Assembly (NCBI GenBank): GCA_002633005.1
Contig: NMRA01000578.1
Location: 203,408 to 267,407 of the forward strand
Source: Phoronis australis
Lineage: Eukaryota > Animalia > Phoronida
DNA length: 64,000 bases
Direction: 5' to 3'
Below, in pieces: positions 49,287 to 60,040 of this stretch. Both the position numbers and the translations under genes were made by a program. The notes beneath the pieces were generated by a model that was given only the letters and a program-made list of their open reading frames with translations, did not search any database and had not been told where the DNA came from. Position 1 is the stretch's first letter. Each line of letters opens with the position of its first letter.

Positions 49287-52200
49287 TTATATGTCACGTC
49301 GTCCTTTTCGAAGTCGATATCGCCGACAACGATAAAGCCTTTGTAGTGGGCACTTCTTGCAGATTTTATGAATATTAAATCTCAGCAGTCCTGTAAGTAT
49401 AATGTAGAACAAACAAAACTCATCAATATTTTACCTTGGTCACGTAGTAGGGACGCATTCTTTTGCTCAATATGTTGTATCGTTATGTACATATACCTTA
49501 CAACATTAGAGGGGCGTGGTTTCGTTTTTCTCACAAGACATTTGCTCTACGGAACGCAGCAACGCGAAATCGTACTCTCGTGAATTCATCGTTTATTGTG
49601 ATTTCTCAAACGAGAGTGTTTGGTGAAAATGTGAAAAAGGAGATTCATCGATAGTCAAAAATTCTTTGCGTTCGTTTGAATTGTGGTGAACTGTTTGATC
49701 ATGTTGAAATCATTACACTCTTCTTTCTTATCAGTAATAATCGTTAATCTTCTTACATGCCATATGTTGGTGACATTGCATGACCCATAGTTATTCCTGT
49801 CGCGACCGAGGTTCGAACCCGCCGGGACTTTCTTCTAGCCGTGCAGAAAGTCCCGGTTCGAGTCCCGGTCAGGAGAAAGGTCTTTTCACACTTAACTGAG
49901 ATGTGACCAACATATGACGTGTAAGAAGACCGAGATATCTTTCGTATACCTTATCCACACTTTGTTTTTTCTTCTTGGTACATTTTCGCACCTTTTTGAG
50001 AATTGACACCTGTTACATTAAAGGCCGACCGACCTATCTTGTCGTTTATTCATACTGGCCTTTTTGGTTCATCTTTTATCATTTTTTCGCATTTGTCGCA
50101 TGTGCAATCTGATCTTTGTTTGGTTAGTCTCTGGCCGTTTTGCTAGAAAAGTTGTAAACGACTTTCTGCCATTTCAACACGTGTGATTAGGTATTCAGAA
50201 TGTTGAATGAAGAGTACTGAGATCAGTTACAAGTTATTGTGATCACATAGTGCTATTACACGGAACAGCATGCTGTTGGTGTAATAATTAACAATTAGTT
50301 GTTCCAGTTCAACGCATGGATACAAATTTTAAGGCCTAAAAAGATCGGTGTTGTGTTTAGTATAATTACCTCAGTCTACTTTCTACAGAAGCGAGTTTCA
50401 CATAAATTTCTGCAACAATTTTAAAAGTGTTTCGAGCGATCCACAACCAGTGTAACATCAAAATGAAACTCGTGAAAAGCGGTGAGACTGTCTAGCTGTG
50501 CTGTCTCAAGGTCAATTCAGTGCTCACGCACGGGTAAGCCTTGCTGACTATTATTTATAAACATTTTTTAAATTCTAATATTACAACTTCAAAGACTATT
50601 TATTAAATTCTAATTTGAATATTTACTACGAAAGCTCAATACAATTTACAATTGTTAAGCTTAAAATAAATCTATTGACAAAAAGTAACTGAATCATTTT
50701 ACATTGCGCAAGCGTGTTTTTACAAAAGTTGCGTCATGTCGTTGAAGGTTTTAGACCCGTCAAGTTTTTCGGCATAAAAGATCGTTTTTACGGTTCATGT
50801 TTGAAAACAAATCCTACACATGTTTCAGATTCATGACATTGGCAAGTCTTGCGATTTTGACGAATTTTCCAAATGGTTTTTCCCGTATCATAAACCTGAT
50901 ACTCGTGTGGGATTCTCTATATTTCACTAACACAGGAGTGATAACCATGTCTCTGGGCCGTAGAACACTTACAAGCAAAGGTGGCACTGAACAGCTAGGC
51001 TGCGGCAGCAGCCAATTTGCACTCCCAAAACACTAAAAGGGTAGGCTAGGCTTGGGGGTATTTTTAGGTAGGCAATACATGTAGGCTCAATGAATGTGGT
51101 TTTTTGTATTTGGTGCAGTTGGGTACCAGCCATTCGCTAACACAAACGTCGTTGAAAACACGACTAAACTTTTTGTTTGAAAGCTTTCAAACAAAAAGTT
51201 TAGTCGTGTTTTCAAGGAAGTTTGTTTGTATTTGTAAAAAATTTTGAGAATAAAACTAAAAAAGACCACTTGCTCGGCTGTAGCTGCACTCTTCTTCAAG
51301 ATGGCGTCCCCTGTTGCGATTGTGCCTTGCTGGGTAGCGACTGAGAAATTGACTGCGATTTCAGGTAGCCCTCAAACAAGCCAGATTTGCAAAAAAGTAG
51401 TTGGTTGACAGTACTTTTGGACCACATTTTTGGAATCGGTAGGACATTTTCTTTCAGAATAGAATGTTAGCTTTAGTCGTGCATCGGCATGAAAATGGTG
51501 ATTTTGGGATGAAAAGAGACGATTTTGTGGGGTTTTCTGCCCCTTTACCTTGCTTTTCAGTAGGAGTGAAAGGGTCAAAAATACAAGAGAGTCAAAGTTT
51601 CTGTGCTCATCCGTAGGGGTTGTGATGTGAAACGACTCAAAACTTTTCATTCTTTGCCTACAGTTTTTGACAGAATGAAAAATGACTGACGAGTCCAATG
51701 ACGTGTGTTCTGATAGGCAAACCCTACAGAGAACTGTTCTTTTCCTCGAAATGGAATGTAGGTAACCCTAGCCACTGTCCACAAAACACTTGCTGGGTCG
51801 AGTGGGAACTCATAGGACGCACAGCGAACTCTGTGGTGCATGGTAATTTCGTGTAGTTGAAGTTCAGCTTCTGTGGTAAGGGTTCTTTGCGGTTGGTGAG
51901 AGTTCTTTCTGTGGCTGGTAATTATTTTGTAAAGGGTAGCAAGAGCTTTACTTACTGTCCGTGTTATATGGTGTGCGACACAAGGTTATTAAGGGTTTAA
52001 CTAACAACACCGTGGCAAATCAAAGTTTTGACACACGAAGAAGAGAAATATATTCTCCGACGCGGAATCACTACTCACCTGGAATACGACGTACAGTTGC
52101 CGGATGACACAGTATCACTATATGTTTAGTGCATTTGACGCAATACTTCGCCATGTTCTGTTTGGCATGGTCTGTAGATTAAAATAATTTGGCAACATTT

Positions 52201-54224
52201 GACCATGTTATGACCCTTTTGACAAAACAACCACATGTTAGCACTCGTTCATTGTAGTTACCCGCCAAATGAACATCAAACTTTTAATGTAACCAGTTTT
52301 ATGGACTCTAAAATAAACATCTTGAAGACCTCTCGGTGTGTAAGTCCAATAGGTGAGTCTTAATAGGTTGTTGAAGATTGACTACCAACTAAATTTAGAA
52401 ATATCATCTACGTTTTAGGATCACGTTTAAAAAACACGATATCCGGTTGTTTTTTCTACGTAGAATACTTTTACAGAGCTTAAATCACTTAATTTGAATA
52501 TGTTTTTATAGATCAATAAAAAACAACTGAAAAGTATATTCTGAAAAGCAGTAATCCTAGACCAGCTGATCTCTGAATACTAAGGGAGTATATCTTAACT
52601 TATTAAACGTAGTAACTCAGTCATGTAGAATTATTCATTTTTAGAAGAACAATTAAATTAATAAATCTCAGGGCAACGTGGGAATGTACTTTATGTTGTT
52701 AACTTGCAATATTTGGAGAATAAAACAGCTTATTATTTAAAATGACTTATTTTTATTAAAATGACATAGGCAAAAATGATATATGGGCCTCAAAAGCGAG
52801 GCGTCCAATATTAATATAGGGGGCTGGCCTAAAGGCCGTCGGAAGCGGGGCCTTTCCAAATTAATATAGGTGGCCTCGTTTTTGAGGCCCGAAATACAAT
52901 TTTTGCCTATGTCGTTTTAATAAGAATACGTCTTGTTTAATAATAAACTGTTTTAAATGTTTTTTTAAATTGTTTGTTTTGCAAGAATTGTGATGTGGAA
53001 ACAAAAGCTTAGTCACATGGTGCACATGTTTGAAGATGGCAAATAAATTGTGACCTCAGTTTTAACATGGCGAATATTAGAAAAAAACTGCGTTGAACTG
53101 CGCCTTTTACACAGGCTTACAGCAAATGAAACGAAAACAGTACCAACAATTAATAATTGTTGGACAACTTTCAAATGCGCTAATCAATTACAAAAAGGGA
53201 CACTTATCATTTTGTCGATGTTTTTACCTGTTTTTCTCCATAAACCACCCCAAAACCGTTTATCAACTGATGAACAATCCTGACACTCTTTGCCCTCGCT
53301 TTCAAATCCTTCTAGTGTTTCTAGCTTGTCCAGAAGTTCTGCAAAGACAGAAAAGTCGTTATAGCTTTGGTGTCTCTGTTGGATGAAAAAATTTAACTTG
53401 TCGCCCTTTTTAGTGCCTGAGAAGACGGATATATTGGTTTTTGATACCGTGAGTCGACATTCCCAATTTTTGTCGATTTCATCAGGAAAGGAGTAAAGTT
53501 CTTTGTCCGCCTTTGCGGCCACTTTCTCTGCTACAAACGTATTTTAATTTGAAGTTGGCTTTCCTCTAACTCCAACTTGTTGTTGTATCTATATAAAACA
53601 AATTAATGAAAGGCGTACTGCTCTCGGTATTTTACGTTCCTTTCCAAAATGAAATGTGAAGATCAAACTTGTTCGCGAATTGACTTCAGGAAGTATATGT
53701 TTCTTCAACAGTTTTAGCTCGTCGAAGGAACTTCCGTCTTTCCTCATCCCAAGCATAAGATGTTTTAGATGTGCTAGGTCTTTCTGAGACTCGAAAATGG
53801 TGACCTTCAAATATAGGTTGAACACGGCATAAAGACCTAAAATGTCGCCAAAACGATAAAATATTGGGGGGCGGGACTTCCTGGCTAACTTCAGAATTGG
53901 CATATTTCTCCTGACACTTACAAAATCCAAATAAAATGATATTCACCAATAAATTACACACGTCCAAATAAATAATTACAGCTTGATCTGTGACGTTTGC
54001 CTATTGCGTTGACTTGTAAACAAAATGGCAGACAATCCGAATACGAGGTCTCCTATAATATAACAATGCTTACATTACCCTTAAATATTGTTTACGGAGC
54101 TAAATAGCTAAACTTGACTCTTACAGACAAAAGAAAATGACTTACCCTCTTCAGAATTTCCATCTACAATTTGGACATATCCATAGATAGATAAACCCAT
54201 AAGAATCACCAAAACTCCTTTCAT
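49287..54224 (-). CDS. Secreted cationic 6-Cys peptide precursor, copy D; join(54224..54146,52171..52079,49390..49287); 91 aa MKGVLVILMGLSIYGYVQIVDGNSEEDHAKQNMAKYCVKCTKHIVILCHPATVRRIPGLLRFNIHKICKKCPLQRLYRCRRYRLRKGRRDI
   Basis: Canonical splice sites. Exon 3 carries an in-frame 3-nt insertion. Six Cys and GRR are retained. Confidence 0.85.
50468..51747. mobile_element. Two unclassified insertions private to unit D intron 2 (~50468-50910 and ~50981-51747)
   Basis: Absent at the orthologous sites in A-C; termini not resolved. Confidence 0.5.
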
Positions 54225-54334
54225 GGTGCGGCCCCAAAACTACAGCCTGTAATATCGTACAATGTTACAATGTAGTATTTCTCACCATGAGGTGGGAGAG
54301 AGAGCACTCTAACTGGGAAATTGCTGAGCCACCC

Positions 54335-54744
54335 TACCCTCTGACACAGCGCCCCCTATACTGTAAAGTGGCCCTGTGGAAACATGATGAACAACACACG
54401 CTGAATTCCGTGTGTGGGTATCAATGCGCATGCCTTGGTCCGAAGTATACCGATCACATCCCCACCACTTGCACATGCCTTTATGCACTCTCAACTTGTT
54501 TGAACTTAAGCCACTGGCCATTTATTGGGGTTTTCTTGATTTTGTTTAGTTCGATCACTGCCAGTTTTAATAAGTTGCAACTATTCAAGTCAAAAGTGGT
54601 CGCCATACTACGTAAGAGTAAACTGAAAGGGATTTCCCAGATTTCAACCATTGAGACGTCGGTTAATTCATTAGTTTAACCAACGAGAAGCCATATCAAA
54701 GAACATTCCACAGTGCTACCTTTCGTGGCACTGTGAAACAATGA
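54335..54744. mobile_element. 410-bp insertion private to unit D, 9-bp TSD GAGCCACCC, subterminal hairpin, no TIR
   Basis: Exact TSD at 54326-34 and 54745-53; stem CACAGTGC...GCACTGTG about 10 bp from the right end. Confidence 0.7.
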
Positions 54745-57700
54745 GAGCCACCCAAGCTCATCAAAAAACTATACTTTGTCTTGCGTTAGCTACAAATGCA
54801 TGTGAACGGCATACGATCGCAGTGTTAACAATTTACCGCTCCCTGATTCGCTGGAATTAACAGTTTGGTTGACCTGTCGCAACTATCCTATAAATCAACG
54901 GTAGCACATGCACAAAGAGTCTGTGAATGCAACATGAACTCATAAAAAGTGCAAAATCAAGATGTCCACATAGTCATCAGTGCAGATACGAAATGATGTT
55001 AGGCCCCGCCGTCAACCATTACTGCACGCATAGAACTCTAGCCCTGGGAGTTCTGTGCACCAAGGGACGGATCGATCTGATAGATACGCGATCTCTGGCT
55101 AAATGCAAGCCAACTGACCCGTCAACAACAAATATAAGCGATGACACGTGACGACGTTGTTGTTAGTAACCCGGACAAAAGGATGTAATGGGCGTATATG
55201 AATATTTGGTGTACCTATTGCTGTTAGCAGTTTTATAACGATGTTCACACACCAAGTAGGTTCGAGTTATTCATCTTTAGAAAAAACGAGATAAACTAAA
55301 TGCATCAGAAATCACGCGAGAAGAATAGAGTTCAGTTGTTAGTAACTGTTTATGCATATCTTTCATATTTCGTATAAATACATATATGTCGGCAGTCTAA
55401 CAAACATTAAAATAAATACAATAATCCGATTTTATGTGAATAGAATACAAGTATTACCATATCACCAACCATTGCTATTATAGTAGGAAATGTTTAACTG
55501 TTCCAATTCAGTCTCCAAATTGTTGGAAGAAACTATTTTTTTAATATCATATCCTGGAGATTTCAGTTTAGATCACTTCTCATAAAGATTGCGAAACTGG
55601 AATAAGAATTTCAAAAATGTCATAATTTTCTGCACCAATTTAAGAACGTAGAGAATATTGTAATATATAAAGATCCTCGTGTGTTGCGTACCTTGAAGTC
55701 CGATCAGAGAGTATCCGACTTAACCGTCCTAAATCTGAGACAACCGGTCGGCAACTAACGGGTTAAATGCAACAAACGTGATGTTTCTGGCGTGAAGAGT
55801 ACCTGTACACAACATACACTCGCACACATAATACACATATATATGTATGTATGTACAAATCAGTGACGTTAATGTATTCCAAAGGAGTGTGCACACTATA
55901 CCCAACAACCGGACGTTCGGTTGTTGTGGTGAAGAAATGCTGCTGCACGATTGCATTTTATCAGTGAGTCATCGTCACCTTTATTATTCTCGGTGGCCAT
56001 CCCACAAAAGGTAGTGAGGGACTCATGCGCATAAAGTAGAACCATTCACCGACTAAAGAGGAAAACAGAACTTATTAAACAGGACATCCTCCAACAAAAC
56101 AATATCAGAGTGCAAATTGATAGAAGGTCCGTTTGACCGCTTCCTGAAACAAGTCCCAGTATTTGTGTGCCTCCTCACCCCTTTTCCTTCTCAATATCAT
56201 TTTCTTCCTAACCGTCATCATCATCGTCATCTCCATTGTCATCATCATCGAACTCGCCGCCTTCATCACCATATCGTCTTCGAGATTAGTAATGTAGGTC
56301 TACTGCCTATAGACATCACATAGTATTTTGATGTCTATGGTACTGCCGTATTGGCGCGCCAATGGGCGTCTGTGGGGAACTGCCCTTATATGCAAAACTT
56401 AGGCGCATGCGCTAATATGAGAAGCACTTGTGTAAAAATAAGGCCACAATAAGGGCATTATTTCGGATATAAACCCGTGGGCCTAAAGGCGCGGCAATGC
56501 GGTACAAAACAATTTACCATTGTTTTTGAAAATACGCCAAGGAACTCCAAAGATATAGAGGCAAACGTAAAAAAATGCCTAGAAGGCTCAGCGGTAGTCA
56601 AAACGGGTGTGCCTGTATGCAAATTAGTGTATGGGCCTATGCATAGGACTTTACCTGGGCTATACGAAACTTAGGCCCATGTGCCAATATGGGGAAGACT
56701 TGGGTAAGAAAAGCCCTCAAAAAGGCATTATTTTGACTGTAGGTTTGTGGACCTAAAGGTGCAGCAATACGGTGTTCGAATGAATGTTAGTCATTCAGTT
56801 GTTGAATAAATGTAATTAGAATAAATCTAATACTGGACAGTTTGATGATGACGTAGCCTCCCCATAACACTGGCTGGGGTTCCGACCTTGGTGGGAATCT
56901 TCGTCAAGTGCGTTGTGATATAATGGCATCGTTATACACAAGCTTGTATCTTTATACGTAGAGAACACCATACGGAAATTATCGAACGAGCTTGCAAGAT
57001 GCCCATATTTAATTGCACTTGTGGAGCTTCAGCAAGTCATGTGACTCTCAAAATGAATCAAGCTCTTCCTTTTTTGACACCCGTACTCACGATGATATAC
57101 GAAAAGAGGTGTACCACTATACTTGTACCGAAAAACAAAACAAACCAGTGTTCTACTAGAAGGAATTTGGGCATGGTGATCAATTTTATCTCCTCGTTTA
57201 TCATCTGCCAATGAGCCTGAGTTCGAGTCTGCTGTGAAGTGCTCCTGGTGGCAAGGTATAGTCAGTGGGCCTCGAGCCGCAGGAGCAAATTTCGAGAGAA
57301 CGTTCACCTGGCAACTCAGTTTTTATGTAAAATGTTGCCAGGTTTAAAGCGGAACATTTTTTAACAAGTTTTTATGGATTAAAGGGTCACATATATTCAA
57401 CAGTAGAGGGCGCTGTAAACAACAGCATGAGCCAATCCTTCTGGAACCCGATGAAGATGTAGATTAACTTGCCTACCGCGGGCACTGGGGTACGAAATCC
57501 ATGGCTAAGCTTCTTTTAGTACAGTTAAAACGGATTAGACTATGTTATTAAAGTTGATGATATTAAAAATGGTAATAAAAGGAGACACGGAAAATGTGTT
57601 TACAATACACAGCTCTTAAACATGTTTAGGTCTGGTGCACCGATTACTACAGCGGGTATGATGGGTGCGATCAAGGCCTTATAATGGAACTGCATCAACC

Positions 57701-58328
57701 TTTAACTTTTTCAAACCACAAACGGAGCTCTGTCCATGTACATTTTAGACAATATTAAAAATATAGTTAGCTACGAAGACAAGTTTTCTGAAAATATCAC
57801 CTAAAACATGTTTTTTCATAAACACCACCACTTTTACGAATAAATTAATGGTATGCAATACATCAATCACTTTTCAAATTCATTTTTTTTAAACAAGTTT
57901 CGTTATATCAATATAAGACTCACAATTGGGTAAAAGTAAGCAATTTGGGGTAACAAATCAAAACGCCAATAATTTAGTAAAAGTTCACCAATATTCAATT
58001 TTTTTTGCGTCTTGCATGTCTCAGTGAGCTCGACTGGATAACACAACTTTGTGCTTCGTAATACTTGTTACGAAGGTTTTACTTCAACGTGGAGAAGGCC
58101 CCTCAAAGAGGCCAGGAGAAAAAATTGGTGGCGCACCAGCGGGTCAGAATTTGACGTAGTTAAATTTGATCTGTTGAATCTTTACCCCCTTTTAGGACTC
58201 GGCGGTATTGATTGTGGTATTCATGAGCTGGGTATCTCTGGTAAAACTCAACGAAAACTAATCGAGAATTGAAGTCTGCATTTCATATGTCCTCGCTTTT
58301 ACCTTTTTATCCTCACAATATCACTTTG

Positions 58329-58651
58329 CAGGGGCGGATCCAGGATTTTGATTAGGGACGGGCAGGGCACAGGAATAACCAGAATTTCGGCAGATGCGCG
58401 CGCCCAGCCTAAATAGTGGGGATGCAGAAGTCTCGAATTTTGGGTTTGCGGACCTGTTGACTAAAAAAAGAAACGGTAACCGGGGTTTGTTCAGGGCCTA
58501 TGCATTGTTCATTCACTTTATTCATCCCCGAGCCCCCTTGGTTGCGCGCATGTGCTAGTCAGCAATTCGCATCCGAACTCCCAAATGGTATCTGGTAGAA
58601 TTTTAAGGGGGCCATGGCCCCCTTGCCTCCCTCCCTCTAAATCCGCCTCTG
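58329..58651. mobile_element. CAGGGGCGGAT...ATCCGCCTCTG MITE with 5-bp TSD CTTTG
   Basis: TIRs and exact TSD at 58324-28 and 58652-56. Confidence 0.8.
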
Positions 58652-60040
58652 CTTTGTCATTATTTTGTGAACAAAATAGCTCCATCCCGTCCCTACTCTT
58701 TGAATAGATTGTAAATGTAAATTTTAATTCAGAACTTGCTGGATATAAACACCAAACACGGTTCCAGTATTTGCAATTTACCACCAGGTGTTGGTGTAAT
58801 TTTAAAAAGTTCATTTTAGCTGCTGTTTTGGTCATTTTTCCCGTTTCTTTTGTTTATGTCACCAACAGTGCTTAAGGCCTGTTAGGATCATGGCGGAGAC
58901 AACATTATTTATCAACAATGGGACAATGTACACGAATTCTAATTTTCAACATTTTGTCATTTTGCACCAAATTCTTTGACAGATTACACGAAAATGCCCA
59001 GCGTACTGAACGCGGGAACTTCTTACATGAAAAGCAACTACAGTTCGGGGCCCACTGTATACCCTCTCCCAGTACTGTCAAGGAAAATGCAACAGTGGTA
59101 CGACGTAGGGTGCAGAATTCTAGTGCCTTGCCGTGTACACGACACGTTTTCGGACCCGGTCGAGAAACCTATACTCCGTCTGAAGAATATCTTGCCGGAC
59201 GGGGTGCTAGTTGTCATGACTGCACTGCGACGTGGTCCTCTTGGTGCCGGAATTATACCTCTGCGCATCACGAAGCCTTTTTTTCCCCCAGATACTGGTT
59301 GTGGGTCGAAGTTCGCGGCGCGCCCACACTTGCCGCAGCCAACTCGGGGTCAAAATGGCACCGTGCGCCGCACCATTCATCGCGGCCGGCCGGACGTCGC
59401 TGGCTTTACACACGAACTGAAAAATGTGATTACATAACAGCAATTTTCATTAAACCAAAGCTGTCGAACTTGTAGAAAACGTATATCTTTCGAGCAGTTA
59501 GTTGTGACAAAAACAGTGAGGGTGGAAATTAACCGTTTATACGAATGTTGAGAGATTTGAGATGAGCAGCTGACAATTCTCAGAAATTTCCATACAGTTA
59601 AACTAATTCTTCAATTCAACAGAAAGTTAATAGAGATAATGCTTATCGATAGCGTTTCAAAAATCAGACTCTCTACTTACATTCTTGGAAGTTTGATTTT
59701 AAGATCTTTCAGTGCCTTTGGGAGAATGGTTTTATTAAGCAGTGCTATATTTTTTAATTAATTTATTTTTAAGATACAATAAAACTAATTACATAATGAA
59801 AATACATGCATACATAAAAAACAACAAAAGACTATGAATGAGGTGACACCAAGCAGATGAGAAATAGTTCCATATGATTGTAGTCCATTGCAAAATTGCG
59901 ATGGGTTGAGAGTTCATAGACAAGGACATAAAATAAGATGAGCAAGCAAGAAATGAATAGTTCCTGATTTATAAATAAAAACTGAATTATGCCGACTTAC
60001 ATAGCTCCTGGACTATATTATATTAAATATCAAATGTCGC

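Larger units (their letters stand above)
46677..56775. repeat. Tandem segmental duplication unit D; ends within or after the pogo-like MITE
   Basis: Collinear homology to units A-C up to ~56645. Confidence 0.9.

Noticed and set aside
8690-56775. Units A-D as uncollapsed haplotypes or as a single giant transposon family
   Set aside because: There are four substantially diverged copies with many private insertions, and they share no termini or TSDs. Tandem segmental duplication fits better.
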